From assembly GCA_964016885.1 (NCBI GenBank), contig OZ024755.1, positions 29,016,001-29,080,000 of the forward strand: DNA of 64,000 bases, read 5' to 3'. Under the pieces are notes generated by a model. The model saw only the letters and a list, made by a program, of their open reading frames with translations. It had not been told where the DNA came from and did not search any database. Shown in pieces: positions 1-14,421 of this stretch (position 1 is its first letter; each line of letters opens with the position of its first letter). This stretch comes from Eledone cirrhosa. Its lineage: Eukaryota. The translations under genes were made by a program, and so were the position numbers.

Positions 1-545
<545 letters not shown>

Positions 546-1119
546 GTATATTTAAAATATTTATTATTAGCAGAGATTAACAGTTTAAGCAAACAGTATA
601 TATAACACAATATGTCTTTCAGTCCATATTTGCCTTCGATATGAGATTGTCGTATGTTAGAGAGAGGAAGTAATAACCTGCTAATTCAAAGTCATACGTA
701 AACATTTCTCTATAAAAGTTAATAGATGCATTGTAACATTACTATCAAATTATGTATACCTACAATTGAAATCTAAGTACACAGAATTATATCCAAAAAT
801 ATATTTTTTTTAAATTAACAATACTTTCAAGCCATTCTAAAAAACAAATGGCCCCTCTAGTAACTTGATATCCCAGCATGCTTTCAGTCACAAACGCCGG
901 CAACAATATTGTCTCGCAGACCAAATAGAACTGCTATAATAGGAATCTATTCATATGAGTACTGGACAGTGAGGTTAAACCAGAAGAATATCAATAGATA
1001 GAAAACGTGTAAACTGGTTATCATATAACTAACTTTGTATCTTTGAAATCTGTATAACGAATTAGATAACATGAAGATGTAAAAATAAAACCGACTCTTA
1101 TATTTATTATAAGAATAGC

Positions 1120-1176
<57 letters not shown>

Positions 1177-1177
<1 letters not shown>

Positions 1178-1390
1178 TAATAAAAGGAATTCCAACTTTG
1201 TCTGATTTACTCGTTTTATTTTCAATCCTTTAAAATTATAATGATATTATAATGAAATAGTATGGTAGAATATTAAATGTTAATTGAAAAAGTACTTTCA
1301 TGCTGTCGCAATCTTCAGGTTCACAGTCAAGTTTGCAATTTTCAACTGACAGTTGAAAATTGCAAACTTGACTGTCACCACTGAATATGA
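1177..1390 (-). mobile_element. PLE pLTR-like fragment with a minimal hammerhead and an inverted 5' segment
   Basis: Minus strand reads TGAAC CTGAAGA TTGC-GACA-GCAT GAAA GTAC TT TTTCA (~1285-1323). Palindrome at 1323-1375, abuts (TA)n, homologous to 9775-9985. Confidence 0.65.
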
Positions 1391-2356
1391 AGGTTAGTTT
1401 CGAACGAAATCTTCGTAATATTTGTTCGTAGCTGGAAACGTACTGAATAACTAATTGACTTTTGAGTAAGTGTAACGAAAGACAATATTGTTTGACGTGT
1501 ATGGTATAAAACAACTGAATAAATACAAATAAGATTATGATGCCAATTAAGATGATTTTTCGACAACCATTCCTATTCATTTCTACACTTCATATCCAGC
1601 CCACACATATGAAATATCAGAAATCCTGTCTGAACCACCATAAACCTATTGGCGCTCACCACATGTGTTGACTAATATATAATAAAAGCGACAGTAATGT
1701 CAGCCGTCACATTTTGCATTACCTTTCTATTTATCCTATATTATAGCACGAAGCATTCCGATATATAAATATATAATATAATTAATGTATTCTTTGAATA
1801 ATCCTAGCTTAATAAGAAAACACAGTAGAAGTAATTTTGTGTCGTTTATATGATTTCAACTGAGTTATCGCTATTTGAGATCTAATTAACCGTTTAAATA
1901 GTCTAGTCACTTGCTGTTTACTCTCTATGTACCCAAGGTAATAAACTAGCATCGCATTTTAGAATTTATTAGTTTATACTTTTGTATTTAACATTTCCAA
2001 TTATATTGTATAAACTACAATAGTAGTTATGCATAATGATATACTATTGTGTTGGCGTGCGTAAAAAAAAGTGAGAGAGGGGCAGACAGACAGACAGACA
2101 ATCAGAGGAAGACAAGGAGAAAGAGAAAGAGCGCGGAAGGCAGACAAAGAGACAGGCACTCAGAGACAGAGAGAGATAGACATTCAGCGAGATAGACCGA
2201 CAGACAGGTAGAAATACGCATTACTGAATATATCTTATCATATGTATTCCTTCACTGGTGACCGGAGCTAAGTTCGAATTTCCACCGAGCGATTTTTCCT
2301 GCAGTTAATGTTAAATTCAGATTTCAACTCGTATACTGAACTATTACCTATGCAGT

Positions 2357-2461
2357 ATCCCACAGAGTTTAAATTTGCCTTTTATCTTTACAGGGTCGAT
2401 AAAATAAAGTAGCAGTAATAAACTAGGGTAATATCTGGCCTTGTGCCAAACGTAGAAACAA
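2357..2461 (+). mobile_element. 5'-truncated tRNA-derived SINE
   Basis: Diverged match to the 3' half of the window SINE (GGGTCGATAAAATAAAGTA...GGCCTTGTGCC...GTAGAAAC). Confidence 0.8.
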
Positions 2462-2545
2462 TTATTATCATCGTGTTTGTAGGTTTCAAGTGACAATAAA
2501 AATGCTACTGTTTTTTTTCTGTTGTTATTATTGTTGTTTAGGACA

Positions 2546-2762
2546 GGGCGGTGGCTTGGCAGTATCGGTAGAGCGCCGGACGCCATGCTTTGCAGCATAG
2601 ATTTATGGCCCTTTACGCTCTGAGTTCAAATCCCGCCGAGTATGGCTTTGCCTTTCATCCTTACGGGGTCGATAAAATAAAGCAGCAGTAATGCACTGGG
2701 GTCAATTTAATCGATTTTTCCCCTGCCCTAAAATTGTTGGCCTTCTGCCTAAAGTAGAAACC
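2546..2762 (+). mobile_element. tRNA-derived SINE, full length, long-tail variant
   Basis: A-box-like TGGCAGTATCGG, B-box GAGTTCAAATCC, central GCCTTTCATCCTTACGGGGTCGATAAAAT. Flanked on both sides by ATTATTGTTGTTTAGG. Confidence 0.9.
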
Positions 2763-2776
2763 ATTATTGTTGTTTA

Positions 2777-2991
2777 GGGTGGTGCATTGGCAGTATCAGT
2801 AGTGTCGAACCCCTTTCTTTGCAGCATAGAGTTACGTCTCTTTACATTCTGAGTTCAAATCCCGCCGAGGTTAGCTTTGCCTTTCATCCGTACGGGGTCG
2901 CTAAAATAAAGTACCAGTCACGCACTGGGGTCGATTTAATCGACGTTCTCCCTGCCCCACAATTGCTGGACTTGTGCCAATATCAGAAACA
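2777..2991 (+). mobile_element. tRNA-derived SINE, tandem with the previous copy
   Basis: Same A/B boxes and core as the preceding copy. Confidence 0.9.
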
Positions 2992-3099
2992 ATTATTATT
3001 GTTTAGACATACGTCTACTCCGAAGTCCAAAATAATAATACTCGACTCCGCCATGATGGAACCGAGTCCAAGAGCAATATTGTCTGATGCTTACTTCCA

Positions 3100-3290
3100 C
3101 TTTTCATCATCCGGCGCCCTCAGCCGAAATCCACTCAACAATTGTTTCTACGTGGGTCTGTTGTTCATTGCCGTTGCCAAATCCTGGATTTCCATACCAG
3201 AATCTCTGGAGATGACATCGTGATAAGAGAGCTTGCACTCCCCTGTTATTAGTTACTGCTGGGGGCTTCCAAAACCATAATGGGGACACA
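3100..3290 (-). mobile_element. RTE-type LINE 3' end remnant
   Basis: Minus strand reads ..LWFWKPP../SYHDVISRDSGMEIQDLATAMNNRPT*, resembling the C-terminus of the LINE at 46.7 kb (LVLWKP..GR..IDTL). Confidence 0.55.
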
Positions 3291-5045
3291 AGAGAGTAAG
3301 TTGTAATGTGCTGTCTATACGCAATAATAAGAAATATATAGAGGGGCTATCGAAGGACCACTAATATTGTTTTAATTGCTCATTGGGATTTACACCCTGA
3401 GGGTAATAATAACCTGTTTGTAACTGGTGGTTGGGTTGTACAAACGATTATTTCTATTTTACTAGGGACATCGATTTTGCTTATACTCGAGTTCTATCTG
3501 CCATGCTTCGCTAGTAAGTCACTCCTTACGTGTTAGCTTCCTGAAAATAACACATCTTCAGAAGACCTTAAGGAACAAATACTGAGACATTTTTATACCA
3601 ACATCCCAACACTTATACCAGTTTACATGAAATTACAATTTATTTTTTATTCAATTTACAAACACGATCTCGCTAGGTCGCTCTATAATTTCTTGTAAAC
3701 TCCGCAATAAAATTTGTTATACATTTTCTGTTTAACAGTTTCTAGATTTTGCAATTAACGTGAAATGTGTCACACGTATTAACATGACGCTCTACCATTT
3801 CAGTAAAATACCTTCAACTAAAAATCGAAACATTGTAACAAACTTAGCAAATCGTGAATTTGTCTCTATCCTATGTCATTCACATTTATCGATCTGTAAT
3901 GCAAAATGTCGATGTTATATCTTATAGCTATCTACGCACAAGAAGTAGTAGTGTATCTATACATTCAGTTTGACTGTGTGGGCGTTATAATTTTGAGAGT
4001 TTCACTAATCTCCCTCGTGTATAGTTTTTCTTTTTAAAAAATTTACATCAGGTCACTGATATCGTAATACTGGTGATTTTGGCTTCATGCCAGTGCGACC
4101 TGTCAGAACTCTCTGGAAAGAAACCAAGAAGAAATCAGTTTGCTTTACAAGTACCTATTCGCTTGATGTAAGTTATAGTCACGTATTGTATCTGTGCAGA
4201 GAAGTTTCAATTGACGGATGGATAAGATAACGAAGACGTGTGCTTTCGTTTCAATGTGTGTAATTTGGTTGTTTGGTAAGTAACTTGGAGGATCGATACG
4301 TGATCTTCGTTCTTCCTGGCTCTCAGTTATTCTAGATGAATGCATATACGAATATCGGATGTTAATTGACATCATGACGATATTTGAGATTACATAATCA
4401 TCAGAATTTTTTTTAAATACTCAATTTCTATACGCCAGCAGGAGCAAACACATCATTCTTCTCGGCTGAGTTTTCAACGCTTGAAGCATTTGTCCGAAGC
4501 GTTAGCAATTTTGTCATCTACCATCCTTGCTGTTTGTATCAAAATTGACAGTAATTCAACTTATTAAATGTTAAAAATACGCTAACAAATCCATCGTTAA
4601 AGTAAAAGAATTACACGTGGTGATTTTATGTTTTCATTTTATTCTTTCGTAACTCATTTTTCCGGACCCCCAGCGAACCGCTTCCAGATAGAAAGCCGAT
4701 AGACATGACTTCCAGCTGGTATTTTAATAATTTCATCAACTCAAACCACTGAAAATGAAATGGTCAACACATTAATAGCACTTTGCAATATATGAAATTT
4801 TGTGCAATGTGCCGTAAAAATATAATCCAAATCTTTAATGGTTCTGCTACTTATTTCTCGTCTAATAATTCTCCAGGCAGCTCTCTCTTTAACAAATGTC
4901 ATCATATATATACTATTTATATTATAAATTCTCTCTCGCGAACACAGACAAAATGTTGATATATATTTCACTTTAAAAATTAATTCGCCAACACTACACC
5001 TGATATCCTCCCGCCATAAACGTATATATATATATATATATATAT

Positions 5046-5337
<292 letters not shown>

Positions 5338-6375
5338 AAAATTGCTAATTTTCTTAGCAATAAAAGAGAAAAAGAGCATAATCTCAACAATGCAAACATC
5401 AATCGAGATTACGCCTTGTAAGTTTTAATTACATTTTGGCAGGGTTGTCACTCTTCTAGAAACCCAAACTCCGCGAATACCGGGAGACAACTGTATAGGT
5501 ATCAACTTACTACAATTGATAAAACAATTTTCATGAAATATTTACCTGACACCTTCTGCTATGATGTTTTCAATATTGTCTTTCCAAAACATTAAACAGT
5601 GTGGTGCCTTAGGTAGAACATTATGAGAGTACCTTAGATGTCAAGCACGATAAATCAACATTAGATTGTTTCTGTATATAAATAGATGGGAGTAATGAAT
5701 AAATTCAAATATTTTAGTTTCTGCATCAAAACAATAGAATTTTCTTTACCGGATCATACCGAAGTATATTTTGATAGCGCAAGTAATGTATTCTCATAGG
5801 GATTCCGAAAAGAAATCTGGGTAAACAAGCATTTTCATCCTCATCTATCTTGAATAATTTACTTGCCTTGTATCACAAGGAAGAAAACAAATTCCCTCTT
5901 GTATTTCATTCTATCGAGCCGGAGATAATTACAAAATTTGAAGAGTTATACAGCTAGAGAATGGTGAATCTGCAGATTAATATATTGGACATTGTTATGG
6001 GGGGAAACAATATTTGGTTTCATTATGTCAGTATTTGTATGAGTACAATATCAATTAATTCATTATGATTGATTACAAGTGCTATCAAACAAAATTCGGT
6101 GTATGTATACGGAGTATAACTATTCCACGTCTGAAATAATTATAGACAGAGGAAGTCAAAGTGAATACACATAACAGTTTATTATCCAATGATAATTATT
6201 TAATGATATTGCTGTTTAACGGACAGTAAACCATTGGTCGATGTGTAAATTTCTTATTTCTTATTGTTTAGCTCCAACTTAGTTTAAATCTACAAATCTA
6301 TAATCAGTGGCATTCCAACCATATCAATTTCATCATTTTGCCAAAAGTGTGGCTAATATTTTCTTGTATGATGTA

Positions 6376-6630
6376 CAGAGTGGGCTAGAATTCATGACTC
6401 GCTTGTTACATTTATTTCTTAACGTGCTTATTTTATTCTTATTATATTGTTTTAATTTATTATTTTATTTCTCAATATACTTAGCAGATTCTTTTATTAT
6501 TTTTTTCTAAATTTGATTAACCATGGCACATCCTTTGCTAAGCTTGGAAAAACGTGTTCAATTGTGTGAGATTATTTGTGTTAATAGATCTATAAATAAT
6601 CTAGTGAGTCATGAATTCCGACCCGCCCTG
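6376..6630. mobile_element. Tc1/mariner-type MITE
   Basis: TA-CAGAGTGGGCTAGAATTCATGACTC...GAGTCATGAATTCCGACCCGCCCTG-TA terminal inverted repeats. A related copy lies in opposite orientation at 33406-33627. Confidence 0.85.
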
Positions 6631-7422
6631 TATGAATGGAAACAAATATGACTGGTATTTCTAGTGAAACGTGCCGACACAGAGAGATATCCATCCCCAC
6701 TGTTTCACCCACTTCATAGTTTAGACTATTTGTCACCTATTTATCACCTATATGGATATTTCTAACATTTTATGTCTGTTCTAAGTATTTTTTACGTTGT
6801 AAGTGCAAGTAGTATTTAACACAAAATATAAACTTTCAGCACACAGATTTAGAATTGCACAACCAGAGCGTTACTGCAAGTCCAAATAATTACAGCCGTT
6901 CGTAGACATTCAAACTCTGTTTATTTAAAGAGTCAGGGAATCAAGTTAATCAAAGCTTTCGGATGACAATCATATTCGAAGTACAGCTCTCATAAAAAAA
7001 GAGGTCGTAATTGTGGGCAATGCTAATTCGTCCAGCCGACCATGTTATATTAATATGGACTCCCACATGGTTTAAAACTAAATATATTGAAAGAAGGAAA
7101 AAAATACCCTTCTATGGAAAATTGTAATATTTTCTTTTATACCAATTATAGAAGCTAGACACAAATTCATTGCAATTTTACGTGTCACATTTGTTTTACA
7201 TCAATTAGAATAGTCTTCTATGGCAGAATTATTGCATAGCGTCATAATTTGAAAATTGAAACTTGACAAACAATTCCAGACAGGTCGCCAACATTTTTCT
7301 ATGAATGGCTACTGAAATCAACTTGGCTTTTAACATTCATTAATTAACTAGACTTGTTACATCCCATTGCAATTCACCATTTTACCGTGTGTCTTTTAAG
7401 CTATATACCTTTATGAGTATGT

Positions 7423-7825
<403 letters not shown>

Positions 7826-8354
7826 TGATAGTTCGTTTGATTAAATTTGCGATAAAAGCATTGAATGGTTTCTTAGAAATTATACTCCTCAAAACAAATT
7901 CTGGAATATAGAGCGAATGATAAAGATAGTTCGCAGTGACAGAAACAGATAAAAATAGCAGCAAGAAACCACTTCAAATGACACCCAACCTTCATTGAAA
8001 CAATTCAGACATATTACATAATTCATTCTTAGATACAATATAGCTTGAAGGCGTAAGATTGATCTGCCAAATGATCTGCCAGAATTGGAATGAAACAATC
8101 CTGAAACCTCTTGCGTTAATGGACTAGAGTTCAATATTTCCGATGGTTGTTTTTCTAAAATTTAATTATGTTTCTGTTTTTTTTTTATTTTAGGCGATCG
8201 CAATGTACATATGTGGGCATGTATTTCATTACAATATTCGCTTGTGAAATCATATATTAAAATAACCCACTGGAAATTTATAGTAAACTGAATTGAAACT
8301 CAACAAATGCATGACCCTACCGAAGACAATATATATATATATATATATATATAT

Positions 8355-8417
8355 CCGTTCGGGATATAGCTGTCAAAACGACCGCAGCTCAGCCGTTGTC
8401 GGGGTCCGGACTATTTT

Positions 8418-8421
<4 letters not shown>
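8355..8421 (+). mobile_element. Family H short arm (degenerate)
   Basis: AGCTGTCAAAACGACCGCAGCTCAGCCG...GGGGTCC...TTTCCTAT between (TA)n tracts. Confidence 0.7.
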
Positions 8422-8475
<54 letters not shown>

Positions 8476-8590
8476 TAAATTGAATAGAACTAAACGAAAT
8501 TTCATTTCTCACTCTTAGTACGGCACTTACTTAGGCTGGTCAGCCGTTAATATGCATAAGGAAAGTATATACTTTCAGACGTTCAACCAT

Positions 8591-8659
8591 CTGGCAGGAA
8601 GGTATACGATGCTGACGATAGCTAATAAGCTTGAAACTAGTACATCATTCCTGTGTCAG
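8591..8659 (+). ncRNA. Minimal type I hammerhead ribozyme, intact core
   Basis: GATG CTGACGA T-AGCT-AATA-AGCT-T GAAA CTAG TA CATC (8608-8646). Stem I can be extended by CAGGAA/TTCCTG. Stem III is the palindrome ACTAGT. Confidence 0.8.
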
Positions 8660-8866
8660 TGTTGAACAAAAAGGTGATGTGGTTCCCTAAACACTGTACG
8701 GCGTAATTCGGGCTGTTTGTTTGATTACAAACAAACAAACCGAGCATTATAATAAATGTTCGGTAAACTGATACGTGCATATTTATAGGTGTGTATGTAT
8801 GTATATATATACATACTACTGTACGTCTGTATACATATATGTATGTACGTATACATACATACTTAC

Positions 8867-9053
<187 letters not shown>

Positions 9054-9193
9054 TAAATTTCAGGTTATCAATAATGTAGTGATAATATATCGTCACGTTA
9101 GAGATGAACATGTATTCCGTCTGTTACAGAAACATATGTCAAAACCTAATAAATTCCTCTATAAAAGCACTTTCATTTTATATTCATCTTTTC

Positions 9194-9219
<26 letters not shown>

Positions 9220-9224
<5 letters not shown>

Positions 9225-9670
9225 AGCAAAACTTGCCGAAATTTACTGCTATGGTTCATGGTAGTAGTTAGGCTCTTGTCATAATACCACCCCACCCCTC
9301 ACTGATTAACCTCAGTGTCACGTGATTGATTCTTTAGAATTTGCCACTGACCAAGTAGGCAGTGAATTTTTTCAGTGCCCTGGAATTTAGTCCCCGCTAG
9401 CTTTTTTCCATCCACTGAATTATTATTTTTATATAGGTTCCTAGTGTCCGCGCATTGCCTGGGAACCTAGCTGAGAATAGACTCCCTGATGACGTAAGGA
9501 CTTCTTTGTAGTTGCGTTGCGTAACTATATTTATTCCCTTAAAGAAACTAATTAGTTGGAGTGAAAATTTTAGTAAGTAAGTTAATTTTTAAAATTTTCT
9601 TATTTTACGTCTTTCATATAATTGTTCTGCATCCCCCTGCATAGAACCACAAAGGTACTAAGACATAACA
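9220..9670 (+). mobile_element. ~450 bp pLTR/LTR-like insertion in (TA)n containing a hammerhead
   Basis: Bounded by TGTT...AACA and flanked by TA repeats. Hammerhead at 9481-9562. 9486-9612 is homologous to 42756-42885 (-). Confidence 0.65.
9481..9562 (+). ncRNA. Type I hammerhead ribozyme with long stem II
   Basis: ACTCC CTGATGA CGTAAGG...CCTTAAA GAAA CTAATTAG TT GGAGT. Perfect 5-bp stem I and palindromic stem III. Confidence 0.75.
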
Positions 9671-9727
9671 TATATATTTTCTAGCATGGGTATACATCTG
9701 TATACATATGTTGGTAGATATACTAAT

Positions 9728-9763
<36 letters not shown>

Positions 9764-9774
9764 CATATATATAT

Positions 9775-9985
9775 TAATAAAAGGAATTCCAACTTTGTCT
9801 GATTTACTTGTTTTATTTACAATTCTTTAACACCTATAATTGTATTAGAATGAAATAGTATGGTAGAATATTAAATGTTAAGTGTTAATTGAACAAGTAC
9901 TTTCATGGTTTCGCAATCTTCAGGCTCATATTCAGTGGTGACGGTCAAGTTTGCAATTTTTGAAAATTGCAAACTTGACTGTCAC
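9775..9985 (-). mobile_element. PLE pLTR-like fragment, homolog of 1177-1390, with hammerhead
   Basis: Minus strand reads TGAGC CTGAAGA TTGCGAAACCAT GAAA GTAC TT GTTCA (~9890-9928). Palindrome at ~9938-9984. Confidence 0.65.
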
Positions 9986-10322
9986 ACAAAAATACCTACA
10001 CTCACACACACAAGAATACCTACTTACACACACACACACAGCCACACCTAAACTCACACACATGGACACACACAGAAGAATACCTACACTCACGCACACA
10101 TGCACACACACACAAGAATGCCTACTCACCCCCCCCCCCCACACAAACAAACCTAAACTCACACACATGCACACACAAGAATACCTACACTCACACACAC
10201 AAACACACACACAATAATACCTACTTACACACACACACACACAAACACACCTAAACTCACACACATGCACACACACATACACACAAGAATACCTACACTC
10301 ACACACACACAAGAATACCTAC

Positions 10323-10360
<38 letters not shown>

Positions 10361-10545
10361 ACACGAACACACCTAAACTCTCACACATGCACACACACAC
10401 AATACCTGCACACATGCACACACACACAATAATACCTACACTCACACACACAAACACACACAAACACACACACAAGAATACCTAAACTCACACACATGCT
10501 CACACACACAAGAATACATATACTCACACACACACACTCACACTC
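9985..10545. repeat. CA-rich minisatellite, (CA)n-AGAATACCTACACT type units
   Basis: Recurring AGAATACCTAC and CACCTAAACT motifs separated by variable (CA)n. Confidence 0.9.
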
Positions 10546-10695
10546 AAGGTACAATGAAACTCATTAAAATTCAAAGCAGCAGCTGATTTAATTAGTTTTT
10601 GAGACAACAAAATGGACCACCCACGCCTTTAACCAAGTTATCTCCCTTTACTTTAGAAGAACTCTTTTGTCATTTTGTTTCTTGGTGTAGCTCTA

Positions 10696-10696
<1 letters not shown>

Positions 10697-10726
<30 letters not shown>

Positions 10727-10745
10727 ACTGCTGTTACTACTACAG

Positions 10746-10788
<43 letters not shown>

Positions 10789-10960
10789 AACTATTAATAC
10801 TACTACTACAACTACCATCGCCACTACCACTACTACTACTACTATTACTATTTCTAATAATACTAATAATAATAATACCTCCATCACCACCACCACTACT
10901 AATACTACTACGACAACTACTAATACTACTACTACTACAACCACCACCACCGCCACTAAC

Positions 10961-11022
<62 letters not shown>

Positions 11023-11118
11023 CTCCACCACCACCACCACCACTACTACTACTACTACAACCACCACCGCCATTAACACTACTGCTAATAGTACTACTAC
11101 TACCACCACCACCACCAT

Positions 11119-11169
<51 letters not shown>

Positions 11170-11644
11170 CATTACTACTACTTCTACTACTACTACTACT
11201 ACTTCTAATAATAATAATAATAATAATAATACCTCCACCACCACCACCACCACTACTACTACTACTACAACCACCACCGCCATTAACACTACTGCTAATA
11301 GTACTACTACTACTACCGCCACCACCATTACTACTACTACTACTACCACCATTAATACTACTTCTACTACTACTACTACTACTACTACTACTAATAATAA
11401 TAATAATAAAAATAATACCCCCGCCACCACCACTACTACTGCTGCTGCTACCACTACTACTACTACTACTTCTACTACAACTATTAATGCTACTAATACT
11501 ACTACTACTACAACCACCACCGCCACTAACACTACTGCTACTACTACTACTACCACCACCGCCACTAACACTACTGCTACTACTACTACTACTACTAATA
11601 ATAATAATACCGCCACCATCACCACTACTACTACCACTGCTACC

Positions 11645-11701
<57 letters not shown>

Positions 11702-11704
11702 AAC

Positions 11705-11742
<38 letters not shown>

Positions 11743-11882
11743 CACTGCTACCACCACCACCACCACCACTACTACTACTACCACTGCTACCACCACCATC
11801 ACCATCACCACTACTACTACCACCACAATCACCACCACCACCACCACCACCACCACCACCACCACCACCACCACCACCACTG

Positions 11883-11921
<39 letters not shown>
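10697..11921. repeat. 1.2 kb compound trinucleotide repeat (CTA/CCA/ATA/CTG) with an internal ~210 bp duplication
   Basis: Directly visible. The block starting at 11021 recurs at 11231. Confidence 0.95.
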
Positions 11922-11922
<1 letters not shown>

Positions 11923-12919
11923 CACTGAAGCACCAGTTTCATTCACATTAGTATGACTAGAAGTAACTTCTACTATTCACCTTCCCCTATATAATGTTTA
12001 ACGTGATAAAATGGCACCACCTTATATACAGCTATTCATTGCACATGTTTAGCATCACCAATATTACTACTAGCTTCAGAAATACTACTGATATATCTAC
12101 CTATAACACAGTCGGTGTCGTTCCCATCATCATCATCATCATGGTTAACACTATTCCATTTTTGTTTTGTTTTTTTTTTGTTTTTGTTAATTTTCTACTT
12201 TTGTAAGCCAATAGTAAATGTTGGCCTGCCCTCTGTAGAAGCTCACATGTTAACACCACAACATACCCTAACACGCAGTATATATATGTCTTGCACTAGT
12301 GGACACGCCTACTACTAACTATACCACCCACGCTTTTAGCATCTCTGGTATGATCAGTATGATCATTCGCATCATCATCATCATCATCATCACCAGTGTG
12401 ATCATTAGAATTACCGTCGTCGACGTCGCACAGCCTTTAGTAACACTAAAATGCCAGTAAAATTACAACCAACCTTCTTTTGTCGAACACGTGGCAGTGC
12501 CACATCATCAAACAGATTGCCATATAATTACGATCTCCAGCATCACCTAAAGCACGTGGAGAAAAGTTACATTCTTCCTTCCACGAGCAACACAACCGTA
12601 GAATAATCAAAATTAAACAAACACAACACGCAACACACAACCAAATATAACACCGCAATTTTCACTTTTGCGTTAATTTAAATATTTATGAGTTTCAAAT
12701 CTCATATATTTCAAATCTTATATATTTCTTTATTTTCTACCAATGTCGTCAAAATACTAAACCTTAGCACCAACTACTATTACGATAGTGTCTACTAGTA
12801 TTTATCTTGAAAATTGATAACACTATAACTAACATGAACCCCAGCAAAGTGATCATCACTAGTCTACTATCGTCAACACAATAAGAATAGTCTTTAAAAA
12901 AACTAATGAAGAAAGCTTA

Positions 12920-13880
12920 AAAGCACATCTCTAAAATTGTCAAGAAGGCCGAGGGTGTCTTGGCATCACTCAGCAAGACCTTTGTCAATCGCTCTCCAGC
13001 AATCTTTTTACAGCTGCATATAGCTATGGTGCAGTCACACTTAGAATTTTCATCACCAGTCTGGAATCCCTATCTTGTTCAGAACATTGACCTCCTGGAA
13101 ACTGTTCAGAGACGTGCAACCAAGCGAATACCCTCCATCAGGCATCTACCATCCTCTGAACATCTTGCATCCCTGGGCATGGATACATTGAAGCTCCGAC
13201 GTCTGACAACTGACTTGGTAAACACCCACAGCATTATTAACCATCTTGCCAACAACAACCCTGAGCACCTTTTTGATTTCCATGTGTCTAACACCCGTAG
13301 ACATGCTACAAAGTCAGAAAGCAGCACAGCTCTCATAACTTTCCGAAACAGTTTTTCACGCTCAGAGTCGCTTAAGCATGGAACAAACTACCTGCATCAG
13401 TTGTTAGCTGCCGAGACACTGAATCCTTTAAAACCTCCATGGAACAAACTACCTGTGTCAGTTGTTAGTTGCTGAGACACTGCACCCTTTAAAACCTCCA
13501 TGGAACAAACTACCTGTGTCAGTTGTTAGTTGCTGAGACACTGCACCCTTTAAAACCTCCATGGAACAAACTACCTGTGTCAGTTGTTAGTTGCTGAGAC
13601 ACTGCACCCTTTAAAACCTCCATGGAACAAACTACCTGTGACAGTTGTTAGTTGCCGAGTCACTGCATCATTTAAAACCTCCATGGAACAAACTACCTGC
13701 ATCAGTTGTTAGTTGCCGAGACACTGCACCCTTTAAAACCTCCATGGAACAAACTACCTGTGTCAGTTGTTAGTTGCTGAGACACTGCATCCCTTAAAAC
13801 CTCCATAGAAGAAACTACCTGTGTCAGTTGTTAGTTGCCGAGACACTGCATCCCTTAAAACATACATGCTTCCTGAAATT
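12920..13880 (+). mobile_element. CR1-clade LINE 3' fragment (ORF2 C-terminus, frameshifted)
   Basis: QSHLEFSSPVWNPYLVQNIDLLETVQRRATKRIP...LKLRRLTTDL and WNKLP motifs typical of CR1 ORF2. Confidence 0.88.
13377..13864 (+). repeat. 61-bp tandem array x8 derived from the CR1 WNKLP segment
   Basis: Unit CATGGAACAAACTACCTGTGTCAGTTGTTAGTTGCTGAGACACTGCACCCTTTAAAACCTC. Confidence 0.95.
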
Positions 13881-14232
13881 CGTGATTGGATGTAATCGTG
13901 AACCCGAAAACTCGACAAGAGCAATAACGAATATATACTACCTTATATAATTCTGCACTTCGTTTTCTTAAAATCCGTAAACCCCTTTCCCTCGATTAAC
14001 TACCTACTATAAGCCCATGGATTACTCAGAGAAAAAACAACCCAACATTAATAATTAGGCATAACAAATTTTACCAGAATTATTGTCTTAAGTATTAGCA
14101 CTACTCATAATTAGTTCATTGTCATACTGAAAATATCAATGTGTGTACCAGTATGTCTCCACTGTGATGAACATAACATATTCTACGATTAACACTTGCG
14201 TCAACACAATGTTATTATTTCTTGGTTATACA

Positions 14233-14421
14233 GGGCGGTGGATTGGCAGTATCGGTAGCGGGTCGGACGCCATGCTTTGCAGCAAAGAATTACGGCCCTT
14301 TGTGGTCTGAGTTCAAATCCCGCCGAGGTTAACTTTGCCTTTCATCCTTCCGGGGTCGATAAAATAAAGTGCCAGTAATGCACTGGGATAATTGCTGGCC
14401 TTGTTCCAAAAGTAGAAACAG
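14233..14421 (+). mobile_element. tRNA-derived SINE with 16-bp TSD
   Basis: TTATTTCTTGGTTATA at 14215-14230 and 14422-14437. Confidence 0.92.

Noticed and set aside
2546-2640. tRNA gene
   Set aside because: The A/B boxes belong to SINE heads. There is no convincing cloverleaf, and the heads are usually followed by the SINE core.
4145-4375. LRR-like exon (LPNNQITHIETKA) and similar hints at ~7.9-8.15, 35.1-35.3, 53.5 and 54.1 kb
   Set aside because: Stops and frameshifts, and no consistent splice structure. The 54-kb piece reads better as CR1/L2 ORF2, and the others are probably ancient LINE debris.
10599-11951. 450-aa Leu/Pro-rich ORF and the antisense 417-aa poly-Val ORF
   Set aside because: These are translations of a compound trinucleotide repeat, with no domain or splice evidence.
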